Of a DNA stretch of 64,000 bases, positions 1 to 9,044 are shown one piece after another; the first letter of the stretch is position 1, and each line of letters starts with the position of its first letter. The DNA lies in sequence record MG748547. The stretch is one strand, 5' to 3'. Position numbers and translations under genes: made by a program. The notes beneath the pieces are model-generated. The model had not been told where the DNA came from. It ran no database searches and worked only from the letters and a program-made list of their open reading frames with translations. Source of the DNA: Escherichia phage EP75.

Positions 1-245
1 TAGAAGATACTATCGGTATGGTTAGTTCCGATGAAAGTCGTGGAAAGATGGTGGTCGGAGTATTCATTTCAGATTCAGGTGTGTTGGTACATGAACTGAG
101 CCATGCGGTAATAAACATATTTGAAGCCGTCAATATGGTAGCTAACACTCACACCACGGAAGCATTTGCCTACCTGTTAGAGAGTCTGTATAACCAATGT
201 AATCACCATCTGAACTTATGGAGTTCTTTTGATGAGCCGAGATGA
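1..245 (+). CDS. hypothetical protein, 5'-truncated at window edge
   Basis: Frame is open from the window start to the stop at 243-245 (first in-frame ATG at 18); contains an HELSH (HExxH-like) motif; no family recognised. Confidence 0.3.
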   Translation, partial: EDTIGMVSSDESRGKMVVGVFISDSGVLVHELSHAVINIFEAVNMVANTHTTEAFAYLLESLYNQCNHHLNLWSSFDEPR

Positions 246-510
246 AATTCAGATTGCTTGCGATATCGCTGTCGAGTTATGGAATCAGCGAAACAAACAT
301 TATCAGGTGACGTTGACACCAAAACGTTACCTAGAGCAAGGTGGGTTGATCGTTGTTGACGCCGTCTTGGGTTTCAACAAGTACACAGATATGCAAATCC
401 TCCAAGGGGATTTCATAGTGGCATCAAAATCAGCTTGGGATGATCCTATGGAATTTGTCTACGGTTGGTTGGAATGCATCGAGGAATCATACCATCTGAT
501 CTACGAATAA
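229..510 (+). CDS. hypothetical protein
   Basis: 93-aa ORF on the plus-strand early block; followed by a hairpin terminator. Confidence 0.4.
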   Translation: MMSRDEIQIACDIAVELWNQRNKHYQVTLTPKRYLEQGGLIVVDAVLGFNKYTDMQILQGDFIVASKSAWDDPMEFVYGWLECIEESYHLIYE

Positions 511-514
511 GGTG

Positions 515-548
515 AAGGGCACTAAATATCACGTGCCCTTTATCTTTT
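515..548 (+). terminator. intrinsic terminator
   Basis: Stem aagggcac (515-522) / gtgccctt (533-540) followed by tatctttt. Confidence 0.5.
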
Positions 549-606
549 AACCCTGTCAGGAGGCTCCAGCGAGCTGCAAGTCGACAAACACATAAGGAAC
601 GCCATC

Positions 607-1224
607 ATGACGATGACAACGTTGAAGGCCATGGCCTTGTCCGTGACCTTTACCATTGCCAGCGGGAGTGTGCACGCTTCCCAAAGTACCACCCAATGTG
701 ATTATGAGTTTTCTGATCAACAACTTTCAACCATGGCCACAGCCTATCACGTGGGCAAACAACAAGACCTTGGTTTCACCCTCGCCGCAATATCATGGAG
801 GGAAAGCCGCGCCGGAGAAGATGTTGTATCCATGCGGAATAACCTGAAATCGGCTAATATGGGGGCATTTCAAAATCGCGTCCAAACCGTCGGGAAACGG
901 GAGGGATGCAAAACACAGAAGTGTTACGCCAATGTTGCGATCAAATTACTGGTCAATCAAGAATATGCTGCCAATGCTGCCCTTGATGAAATGAATTTCT
1001 GGCTAGAATATCATAACCAAAACATCCGCAAATCCCTTTCCTCTTACAATGCTGGGTTCAATCGTAACCAGAAATCCAATTCTTATGCAGCCGACGTCGT
1101 GAAGAAGGCTAAATATCTTCAACGATGTGTGTCTTTCAAAGGCATGGCAATAAACCCAAAGGTCGACCCAGGAGTGATCGCCATGAATAAGCGCACGATT
1201 GAGAAACTCAAGAGGACCAGATAA
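607..1224 (+). CDS. SLT-domain lytic transglycosylase-like protein with N-terminal signal peptide
   Basis: Hydrophobic N-terminus (LKAMALSVTFTIASGSVHA); AISWRESR catalytic Glu-Ser motif and downstream GAFQ resemble the SLT ES...GLMQ signature. Confidence 0.5.
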   Translation: MTMTTLKAMALSVTFTIASGSVHASQSTTQCDYEFSDQQLSTMATAYHVGKQQDLGFTLAAISWRESRAGEDVVSMRNNLKSANMGAFQNRVQTVGKREGCKTQKCYANVAIKLLVNQEYAANAALDEMNFWLEYHNQNIRKSLSSYNAGFNRNQKSNSYAADVVKKAKYLQRCVSFKGMAINPKVDPGVIAMNKRTIEKLKRTR

Positions 1225-1862
1225 TGAATATCACTCCATCTCAGACCGGATATGAACACATAATGGTATTTCTGGCTATTCAGGGCGCGAAGGAAGGGAT
1301 CATTACTTCAGAATATTCCGGTACAATGCGCCTTGCGGATTATGTCGCGCCTGAAGCATTCATCAAGAAATGCATTGACGCTTGGTGCCTTTATGCGCTC
1401 GGCACGTATCCATCACCTCCTGCTGGTGAGTTATTGTTTGCCATACCGACTCCGGCAACTGGTGACACAGACGCGATATTCGCTGATATGCTGTCAAAGG
1501 GTTATCTGACATATGACAGTGCTCACGGCGTGTATGATTTTTCTGCGCTGAATCGTATCTTCGGATTCACCATAACTTCTGAAGCCAATATTCCTGATTA
1601 TGGAATACTAGCATGGGGCGTCGACGGTTTGGGGGCAACATATGCATCTTCGGATGTCGGTCCTGTGTTGATAGACCCAGGGGTGACGATGGAGCAATAC
1701 ATGTCACAATTCCCTCAACATAATGTAACCGGAAGCGATATCATTATTGTCTATCCTGGTTCTAACGCGTTGTCCCGCCTGGTGGACGGCTGGAAGCCTC
1801 AGCTGAAGGACATTGTCTCTGGAATCAGGTTCCATATTCCCGTTGTCAATCCAACACCTTAA
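1224..1862 (+). CDS. hypothetical protein
   Basis: 212-aa ORF; ATGA start/stop overlap with the upstream gene. Confidence 0.45.
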   Translation: MNITPSQTGYEHIMVFLAIQGAKEGIITSEYSGTMRLADYVAPEAFIKKCIDAWCLYALGTYPSPPAGELLFAIPTPATGDTDAIFADMLSKGYLTYDSAHGVYDFSALNRIFGFTITSEANIPDYGILAWGVDGLGATYASSDVGPVLIDPGVTMEQYMSQFPQHNVTGSDIIIVYPGSNALSRLVDGWKPQLKDIVSGIRFHIPVVNPTP

Positions 1863-1876
1863 AATATTCAATAAAA

Positions 1877-1898
1877 GGGGCAAAAGCCCCTTTACTTC
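1877..1898 (+). terminator. intrinsic terminator
   Basis: ggggc-aaaa-gcccc hairpin (1877-1890) followed by tttacttctt. Confidence 0.5.
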
Positions 1899-1918
1899 TT
1901 CAATAACCCACGTATAAT
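1891..1918 (+). promoter_or_regulatory. sigma70-type early promoter (TTTACT -35, 16-nt spacer, TATAAT -10)
   Basis: -35 tttact at 1891-1896, -10 tataat at 1913-1918; sits directly after a terminator and ~50 nt upstream of the ATG at 1967. Confidence 0.45.
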
Positions 1919-1966
1919 TCTAAACATAAGCAGTACGACACCAACTTGAAAAGCAGGAACTACATT

Positions 1967-2242
1967 ATGAAAATCATCCTCGACGCATATATCCGTTACG
2001 GCAGCAAATGGTTGATGGCCAAAGTTTACGACGGTGAAGAATTAGTCCACGCCCAAACCGCCCCTTCTGAACAATTGCGTGAAATTATGAAACGCGATTT
2101 TCCTACTGTTGAAATGATTGAACCTGCCAACCAAACCGAAGTTGACAAAGAATGGGAACGCGAATGGAGTCCGGCGGCGTTGGCACAATTTGATAAGAAT
2201 TACAACAATCGCCAAAACGCGTCTCGCCCGTTCCGTCGTTAA
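1967..2242 (+). CDS. hypothetical protein
   Basis: ATG at 1967 preceded by AGGA; the track ORF from TTG 1946 probably over-extends; start lies in a conserved 24-nt element. Confidence 0.45.
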   Translation: MKIILDAYIRYGSKWLMAKVYDGEELVHAQTAPSEQLREIMKRDFPTVEMIEPANQTEVDKEWEREWSPAALAQFDKNYNNRQNASRPFRR

Positions 2243-2246
2243 GAAT

Positions 2247-2276
2247 AAAGGGGTGTTAGCATCCCTTTCTTTTCGC
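2247..2276 (+). terminator. intrinsic terminator
   Basis: aaaggggtg / catcccttt stem with ttag loop, then cttttcgc. Confidence 0.45.
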
Positions 2277-2320
2277 TAATTAAGGGAAACCGCACCGATT
2301 TTATAATCAGGAGAATTACA

Positions 2321-4708
2321 ATGGCCATCCCATCTTTCTTGAACTTTCTTGAAGAGTCTAAACAATTAGACGAAGCGTTTAACTCATCCCCGTATGAATT
2401 GACATTCGGTAAGAAGAACGCTGGTGACATTTTCTTCACATTTGTTGATGAAGACGAAAAAGAATTCCGCATCCAATTTTATACCCCGCAGGGGCTGGGC
2501 AAGAACGTTCGTCAGGTCTTCATAGGCCAGAAACGTGGTTCGACCTATCCAGACGCAATCGGTCGTTTCAAAAACCCAATGCGTGTCATCGCATCCATGA
2601 TCGAAGCAACAAAGCAATTCATGGCGACGCCTTTGGGGAAAACCATTGACGGCTTTGCAATTAACTTCTCCAAGAAAGCATTGGAACGTGGTGTTACCCT
2701 CCTGCCGAAGATCATCCGTCAGTCCGGCCTGAAGCAGAAGCTCAATGTCATGGACCTGACGTATACCCCTATCCCTGATCGTGCATTCGTATGGGTTGTG
2801 CGTAAAGGTAAGGATCCTGCTCAGGTATTCGATGGTCCGAAAATGAAAGGCGTGACTTGGGACGACCCAGACAAAGTCGGCGACGTTCCTGACCAGGCTG
2901 CTCGTGACGCCGCACTACAAGGTGACATAGATGATTTGAGCCAAGCCATAAATGCCGATTCTCGCTGGATTCTGACCAAGGCTGATCATACTCAGCCTAT
3001 GCTGGTCTGGTCTGGTAAAGAACGTGGGCGGACTATTACCGCCAATATCGCACCTCACGCGAATGAACCTGGTGTGTATGCTGGTAGTATCATGAACGAG
3101 AAACGGATCCGCGCTCAATCCCCAGACGCTATTGTACGCCAACTGGGATTACCGCAGATCCCTGTGAATATTCTGAATGATTTCACCAAGCAGTCGTCCA
3201 TCTTCTGGAAAGAGATGACGGGAGATTCTGGAAAAATAGACATGCAGACTTTGCCAAAAACAGGATCTGTGGATGACTTACGAAATCAGGGTTATATTGC
3301 TCGCCTTCTGGGGATTGTAGACACATATGCTCCACAACAGGTCGGTATGTATGCAGGTGAAAAACTAACACGAATCGGCGCGGGCAAATATCGTACTTCG
3401 GGTGGTCTGGACATTCAGGTTTATTTCTGGGGAATTGTCAACGGAAAACTTTCTGTAGAAGTAGTATCAGATTTGTCTGGTCATTACCAACTTATGCTGG
3501 AAGGAGACGTGAAAAACGCCGCTTATGAAATAGTGGGCGCAATCTCCCGTGCAGCCGATTCTCAATTTGCGGGAGAAGTAGAATGCCGTGTGGTTCCTAT
3601 CAATGGTGCCCCATATCCGATTCAAAAAATTTCCCGTTCTCAGGGATATTCTTACGTTGATTGTGGTTCTTTCACATTGAAGATCGCTGACGCTCTGCTG
3701 AATCGGTTTACCTTGGGCAAGGCGGTCAAACTTGATCTGATGAAAGAGTTTCCTCGTACAACATTCAAAGTCCGCTATGATTGGCGTGGAAAAGATACTC
3801 TGTTGGTTCAATCTTCCGACGAGCGTACTATCTTTGGTGAAATCAACACCAATTCCAGTGAAAATGCAGTGATCACTGCAAACATCAAAGTACCAAGCAA
3901 CGCTAAATTTTTTGGTGAAACCGTTCATGGCTTCTCTGTAGCGTGGGATTTCCAGTTCCCTGCTGGTAGCAAGTTGCAAGCCGCAAGATTCGTTACCAAC
4001 GTAACTTACGATTTTGATCGAAATAAAGCCAACATCACCACCATGTTGACTGAAAATGGTCGAAATGTGGTAGACAGCAATGGATATGATATTTCGTTGT
4101 CTGTCAAATCAGTGCAAGATGCATTGGATGAGATTTCTCGACGCCTGAAAGACGCGGCTTCGCAACTGAGCCATCTCAGTTCATCAAACTATAACCCTAA
4201 CAATCTGTTCCTGAATGACATCACTGTCAGTAAATTTGGCGCGATTATGTTCCAAGACAAAGATTTGGCACAGTCCAGGAACCGCACGGCAGTCATTGAT
4301 GCTTTGGCTCGGGCTAAAGATCAGGCTGCTGGAGGTAAGAATGCAGGTGATCTGGCCACCTATGCCGAATCCATTCGTGACAGCGCTCCTAATGGACGAG
4401 ATCTGGATTGGCAGGTATACACAGCCAGTAATGGTACAGTTCTGAATGTTGCTTGGGATATCACTTTCCGTCGCAATACGACCGAAGGAGCATATCGTGA
4501 ATTCAAGGATCAGATCAACCGTGCCAACCAATACCTGCAAACGGTATACAACGACGCGAAATCTAAAGGCTATAATCCTACCGAGCCAAATCTCATGACT
4601 CTTGAACGCGCTCGCCAATCCGACGAATGGGCTATGAGTAATGGTGATAGTGCATACAGTGAATATGAACAATCGCTGGGTGGTAATCTTCAGATTAGTC
4701 TGAAATAA
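2321..4708 (+). CDS. large hypothetical protein (795 aa)
   Basis: Long uninterrupted ORF with AGGAG RBS; no catalytic motif recognised. Confidence 0.6.
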   Translation: MAIPSFLNFLEESKQLDEAFNSSPYELTFGKKNAGDIFFTFVDEDEKEFRIQFYTPQGLGKNVRQVFIGQKRGSTYPDAIGRFKNPMRVIASMIEATKQFMATPLGKTIDGFAINFSKKALERGVTLLPKIIRQSGLKQKLNVMDLTYTPIPDRAFVWVVRKGKDPAQVFDGPKMKGVTWDDPDKVGDVPDQAARDAALQGDIDDLSQAINADSRWILTKADHTQPMLVWSGKERGRTITANIAPHANEPGVYAGSIMNEKRIRAQSPDAIVRQLGLPQIPVNILNDFTKQSSIFWKEMTGDSGKIDMQTLPKTGSVDDLRNQGYIARLLGIVDTYAPQQVGMYAGEKLTRIGAGKYRTSGGLDIQVYFWGIVNGKLSVEVVSDLSGHYQLMLEGDVKNAAYEIVGAISRAADSQFAGEVECRVVPINGAPYPIQKISRSQGYSYVDCGSFTLKIADALLNRFTLGKAVKLDLMKEFPRTTFKVRYDWRGKDTLLVQSSDERTIFGEINTNSSENAVITANIKVPSNAKFFGETVHGFSVAWDFQFPAGSKLQAARFVTNVTYDFDRNKANITTMLTENGRNVVDSNGYDISLSVKSVQDALDEISRRLKDAASQLSHLSSSNYNPNNLFLNDITVSKFGAIMFQDKDLAQSRNRTAVIDALARAKDQAAGGKNAGDLATYAESIRDSAPNGRDLDWQVYTASNGTVLNVAWDITFRRNTTEGAYREFKDQINRANQYLQTVYNDAKSKGYNPTEPNLMTLERARQSDEWAMSNGDSAYSEYEQSLGGNLQISLK

Positions 4709-4713
4709 GTCAT

Positions 4714-4729
4714 AGCCCCTTCGGGGGCT
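4714..4729 (+). other. GC-rich stem-loop (agcccc-ttcg-ggggct) without U-tract
   Basis: Perfect 6-bp stem with UUCG-type tetraloop immediately after the stop of the 795-aa gene; tail is A-rich rather than U-rich. Confidence 0.4.
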
Positions 4730-4759
4730 AAATACATCAAAATCCTTAGGAGATCCACG

Positions 4760-5329
4760 ATGAAACCGTTTATAGAATATTTTAAAGAACAAGCTCAACA
4801 ACCGCAAACTCATGGCGGCATACAAGGCAAAAGTGTAACCATCACCAAACAGGCCGACGGAACCCAATGGTGTACTGGTGCCACCGTGACCCAGATCACT
4901 CCAGATAATCAGGCCGACATCTATAATCTGGAATTGACTAACGGCAACACCACCAAAGTAAAACTCACACCGGACCAGGTTCATGCAGTTTCTGTCGGTA
5001 AAGATGTGGTTGCCGTTCATGACGGTTTTGAGTTCTTCTTTGGGAAAGATGCCAGCAAAGGTCAGGTCACAGAATCCTATGCCCAAGAATTGGCGAACAT
5101 GGATAAGATGATCGGTAAAGCGCTGGGCGTTGGCAAATCTCGTAAAAGCGGTCGTACAGAGTTTGAATATTCCGGTATTCCTGGTATTGGAAAACCTGTC
5201 GCAATCGACTTCGGCGGAGAAGACGATCCATATGTAATTGTCACAGTCGCTGGCAAACAGCATGACATCAGTAAGGGAAAAACCCTAGCTGCGGACATTG
5301 CCAAATATATCGGCGTTAAACCTGTCTAA
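4760..5329 (+). CDS. hypothetical protein
   Basis: 189-aa ORF with AGGAG RBS. Confidence 0.45.
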   Translation: MKPFIEYFKEQAQQPQTHGGIQGKSVTITKQADGTQWCTGATVTQITPDNQADIYNLELTNGNTTKVKLTPDQVHAVSVGKDVVAVHDGFEFFFGKDASKGQVTESYAQELANMDKMIGKALGVGKSRKSGRTEFEYSGIPGIGKPVAIDFGGEDDPYVIVTVAGKQHDISKGKTLAADIAKYIGVKPV

Positions 5330-5338
5330 GGAGGTTGT

Positions 5339-5581
5339 ATGAAAGGATTCCAGGACTTCCTCTTGAAGGAAGCAAAGGTTGACCATCGCCGTCTTGGACA
5401 GCAGGGCATGTATGACATCACCGACGTTGGCCGCCCTAACAAAGGCGATCTGATTGATTACTATGATCGCAACGGGGATAAACATCAGGGGAAAGTGAAG
5501 TCTGTGAACGCACAGAACATTATGACCCTGACGAACACCAGCACGGGTGAAACCGTCAAGCTGACTTTGATCAAGCCTTGA
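5339..5581 (+). CDS. hypothetical protein
   Basis: 80-aa ORF with AAGGAGG RBS. Confidence 0.45.
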   Translation: MKGFQDFLLKEAKVDHRRLGQQGMYDITDVGRPNKGDLIDYYDRNGDKHQGKVKSVNAQNIMTLTNTSTGETVKLTLIKP

Positions 5582-5587
5582 TGACAA

Positions 5588-5616
5588 TCCCCCTAAATAC
5601 AGGGGGATTTCTTTTT
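5588..5616 (+). terminator. intrinsic terminator
   Basis: tccccct / aggggga stem followed by tttcttttt. Confidence 0.55.
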
Positions 5617-5630
5617 CTGAGGAAACAATC

Positions 5631-5984
5631 ATGGTTAACGCGAGTATATTCATCAACCGTGGACTGCTTGCTATAGCCCACTCTCATGCCCTCCACTTCG
5701 TTACAACGTCCTATGCCAAGCACAAGGCACTCGGGGAGTTCTACGGGAAACTGGAGGACTTGCTGGACACCTTTACGGAAGCGTATATTGGTGCGGGTGG
5801 TATATACATTCCAGGATTCGAGAACATCAAATTATACAATCCTGAACCGATATCGTATATCAACAGCGTGGTCATCGACGTTAATGGGATCTACAATCAG
5901 TGTGATAGCCATTTACAAAACACGCTTGACGAAATCAAAACTTTGTGCTATCAAACGATTTACAAACTGAAGCAATTGTCCTAA
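5631..5984 (+). CDS. hypothetical protein
   Basis: 117-aa ORF with GAGGAA RBS. Confidence 0.45.
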   Translation: MVNASIFINRGLLAIAHSHALHFVTTSYAKHKALGEFYGKLEDLLDTFTEAYIGAGGIYIPGFENIKLYNPEPISYINSVVIDVNGIYNQCDSHLQNTLDEIKTLCYQTIYKLKQLS

Positions 5985-6047
5985 CTCAATAGGATCATCA
6001 TCAGGTTATAATTTTGCCCATTCGTCATCAATAGGATACAGATAACA

Positions 6048-6665
6048 ATGGGCAAAATCTTTATACCTTCTCACTCAGAAGGTTGTCAAATCGCTGCAAA
6101 ATTTCTACACAAACAAATGAATTGTGGTGCTGTGTTCGTAGAACCAAATTCATTCGATAATCGTGAATCCCCTGACGCCATCGGGTTCAGACCTGGAGGT
6201 TGTTCTATATTAATGGAAGTTAAAGTCTCCCGCGCCGACTTCCTGACAGACAAAAAGAAACCTCATCGCATGAATCCTTCCATAGGCATGGGAGCATATC
6301 GTTTCTATGTTTGCCCAGCAGATGTTATTAAAATTGAAGACCTCCCTCCCAAGTGGGGTTTGTTGTACTTCACCCCTAGAAAATCTTTGAAGCCCGTTCA
6401 CGTTCCAAATATGCAATATTCCTCTTTGTCTTCACCGGAACATTATGCATCATATTTGTCTAAATCTTTGGACAAAAGAAGACCTACAGATATCCCTCCT
6501 TATCTATTAGGGTACAAACAGATGCTGGAAGAATTCGCCCACTTTGAACGCAATCAGGTTGCGGAACAAAATATTCTGTATGGGGCTTGGCGACAGCTTT
6601 GCATAGCTCAAAGTCGCGGGGTGGATTATAATGTGACAGAAGTGTTCCAGAGGCCAAATATCTAA
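6048..6665 (+). CDS. hypothetical protein, possible PD-(D/E)XK-type nuclease
   Basis: ESPDAIGF ... ILMEVKVSRADF resembles a D...E-x-K nuclease core; weak. Confidence 0.35.
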   Translation: MGKIFIPSHSEGCQIAAKFLHKQMNCGAVFVEPNSFDNRESPDAIGFRPGGCSILMEVKVSRADFLTDKKKPHRMNPSIGMGAYRFYVCPADVIKIEDLPPKWGLLYFTPRKSLKPVHVPNMQYSSLSSPEHYASYLSKSLDKRRPTDIPPYLLGYKQMLEEFAHFERNQVAEQNILYGAWRQLCIAQSRGVDYNVTEVFQRPNI

Positions 6666-7729
6666 TGAAATTCTTGGACGAACAATACATCAATTTTCTC
6701 GCCCCCCGACTTGATAAATTCAGTTGGGAACGTGTTGGCGCTGTCGCCAAATTTCGTTGCCCATTATGTGGGGATTCTAAGAAGAGTGCCAACAAGCGTC
6801 GTGGTCACTTCTTTTATGATCGTGATGACGATGTGTTTCGTTTCAAGTGCCACAACTGTAATGAAATGAGCGGTTGGGCGTTTGAATTCTGGTTGAAGAA
6901 GTTTGACGAGCGTCTGTATAATGAATACAACCTTGAAAAATTCAGGATCATGGGGGATACCAGTTCCCGCCCGTTACAAAAACTCAAACCATTACAGCGC
7001 CTGACCCAGACAGCACGTATCGGTTCTCAGGTCGCCAAACGGGATGAAGAGCACCTTGGGAATATGATACGCCTTGATCTTCTTGACCGTGATCATATCG
7101 CCCGTCGTTACGTTGAAGGCAGGGGAATGCCGGAGAGCGCGTTATCTCTTTTGTATTACAGCAAGAACTTCCGCGAGGATCTTTTGAATTTTGAAACAGA
7201 CGTTGAAAAACAGAAGAAGATCCCTGAAGATGAACGGTTGGTTATCCCATTCTGGACTCAAGACGGTCGCATGAAGATCGTTCAGGGGCGCGCATTCGGT
7301 GATAACCTTCCTGATAATGTGTTGCGGTACGCCACTGTCAAACCCAAAAACGAGGATACTAAAATCTATGGGGAAGAGCGCATCATATGGAATAAGACCA
7401 AATTGGTCGTTGAAGGTCCAATTGATAGCCTGTTCCTCCCGAATTGTTTAGCAACTGCGGATGCCGACCTTCTGAGCGCCAAGGGGGATATCTATATCCC
7501 TGACAACCAATATCGAAACAAACAAGTTTGTGATGGTATACAGAAAATGATAGACAGCGGAGTCAAAGTCGTTCTGTTCCCACCAGAAATTCCATGGAAG
7601 GATATCAACGATATGGTCCATCCGGATAAGGGGAACATCCCTATTCGTGATTTGCTTCAGATCATAGCCAAGAACGTGTATCAGGGGTTGGCAGCGTCCC
7701 TGAGGTTTTCAGATTTGAGGAAGATATAA
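6665..7729 (+). CDS. 61: DNA primase (T4 gene 61-like)
   Basis: N-terminal zinc-binding CPLCGDSKK...CHNC; TOPRIM-like VVEGPIDSLF...ADADL; size 354 aa. Confidence 0.65.
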   Translation: MKFLDEQYINFLAPRLDKFSWERVGAVAKFRCPLCGDSKKSANKRRGHFFYDRDDDVFRFKCHNCNEMSGWAFEFWLKKFDERLYNEYNLEKFRIMGDTSSRPLQKLKPLQRLTQTARIGSQVAKRDEEHLGNMIRLDLLDRDHIARRYVEGRGMPESALSLLYYSKNFREDLLNFETDVEKQKKIPEDERLVIPFWTQDGRMKIVQGRAFGDNLPDNVLRYATVKPKNEDTKIYGEERIIWNKTKLVVEGPIDSLFLPNCLATADADLLSAKGDIYIPDNQYRNKQVCDGIQKMIDSGVKVVLFPPEIPWKDINDMVHPDKGNIPIRDLLQIIAKNVYQGLAASLRFSDLRKI

Positions 7730-7834
7730 GAACTGACCTAAAACTTTTTAACTCAAAATATTTCCCTCCAGGCCTCGTTCTATGAGGCCTCTTAAAATAC
7801 TTCAAAAATATTTTAAAAATTTATTGAAAAAGAC

Positions 7835-7863
7835 TTTACTCTTCAATAATGACGCACTATTAT
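7835..7863 (+). promoter_or_regulatory. sigma70-type early promoter (TTTACT -35, 17-nt spacer, TATTAT -10)
   Basis: -35 7835-7840, -10 7858-7863, inside a 210-bp AT-rich intergenic region upstream of a highly codon-optimised gene. Confidence 0.4.
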
Positions 7864-7940
7864 AGTTCACATAGGGCGGTACACAACACCCCGCCGAATG
7901 AAAAGTGAAACGAACCAACTACATTATGAGGAATTACATC

Positions 7941-8429
7941 ATGGCTACTACCAAAACTCTGATCACCAACGGCACCATCTCTTTTGAACTGAACACTGAA
8001 GTTGCAAAAGTTGAAATGTTCCGCATCGCTCAGGCAGCTGGCTTCACTGGTGGCAAAACTTCCTTCATGAACCTGCTGAACGGCAAAGTCAAAGCGACCA
8101 ACGGCTTCACCCTGGTTGAGCAGGTTGTGGTTGACAAAGCAGTCGTCGCAAAAACCGCTGACAAAGTTGGCATGCTGAAAGGCCTGGGGCACGACATCCA
8201 CGTTGTTGAAGCTACGACCGAAACTTACGGCACCATCACTGTCGGAAAGGGGCGCATCCAGCTGAACCCGCTGAATAACGGAACCTTCTCTGTGATGGTA
8301 TTCCCGAAAAAAGGTTACGACAACAGCGATATCGTGAAAGCCGCTGGCGGTGAAGCAAAATCCCAATATGTCAAAATGGGTAAACTGAGCGCCGACGCCG
8401 TTGAAACTCTGGTAAGCAAACTGGCATAA
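7941..8429 (+). CDS. hypothetical protein, probably highly expressed
   Basis: ATG at 7941 with GAGGA RBS; codon usage (ctg, ggc, aac, ccg, cgc) is strongly biased compared with neighbouring genes. Confidence 0.5.
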   Translation: MATTKTLITNGTISFELNTEVAKVEMFRIAQAAGFTGGKTSFMNLLNGKVKATNGFTLVEQVVVDKAVVAKTADKVGMLKGLGHDIHVVEATTETYGTITVGKGRIQLNPLNNGTFSVMVFPKKGYDNSDIVKAAGGEAKSQYVKMGKLSADAVETLVSKLA

Positions 8430-8435
8430 GTCACA

Positions 8436-8461
8436 AGGGGAGGCAACTCCCCTCCTTATTC
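8436..8461 (+). terminator. intrinsic terminator
   Basis: aggggag-gcaa-ctcccct hairpin followed by ccttatt. Confidence 0.45.
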
Positions 8462-8483
8462 AGAATTTTGGTAGGAGATTATC

Positions 8484-8672
8484 ATGGGACGTCCGATTAT
8501 CCACGTTTCAGAAGGCGCGATTTGGGTTATGACCCGCATCCCTAATGTTCATTTTCCTCAGTTCCAAGAGGAAATCGAGCAAGCAATGCTAACGATCCTG
8601 GAAAAATACGGGTACGACACTGAAGTCCGTGAATCCTTCAACGAAATTATGCCTGTGGTGGTTGCGCGATGA
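8484..8672 (+). CDS. hypothetical protein
   Basis: 62-aa ORF with GGAG RBS. Confidence 0.35.
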   Translation: MGRPIIHVSEGAIWVMTRIPNVHFPQFQEEIEQAMLTILEKYGYDTEVRESFNEIMPVVVAR

Positions 8673-8974
8673 CCCTGACCCTCGAACAAATCGGCGAAGC
8701 AACCTGTCACCTCCTGAAGGAAAAGACAGGCAAGCAGTGGAAGCATCAGTTGTACAAAGATCACCCTGATGGCGTAGGGGCGATCATGATTGATAGCGAA
8801 GAGTCAACAGCCGTCCTCTTCTATTGGCAAGACACTGGCCGCTGGTCGGCTCAGACTTATGGTGGGAATAAGCAATCTAACTCCGTGCCTTCACCAGTGG
8901 AGGCATATGAAAGTCTGAAGAGAGGCATTCAAATGCAGATCGCTAATCTAAACACTCTCTTGTCAACTATCTAA
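8669..8974 (+). CDS. hypothetical protein
   Basis: 101-aa ORF, ATGA overlap with the upstream gene. Confidence 0.4.
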   Translation: MTLTLEQIGEATCHLLKEKTGKQWKHQLYKDHPDGVGAIMIDSEESTAVLFYWQDTGRWSAQTYGGNKQSNSVPSPVEAYESLKRGIQMQIANLNTLLSTI

Positions 8975-9044
8975 CATAGCAGTTCCTCAAGTCAGTTCAC
9001 TTTCACTTTAAATACCTCTGCAATCACTGCGGAGGTATTTTCTT

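Noticed and set aside
4184-5263. 359-aa minus-strand ORF
   Set aside because: Antisense to the 795-aa gene and the 4760-5329 gene in a consistently plus-strand block; no RBS or promoter context.
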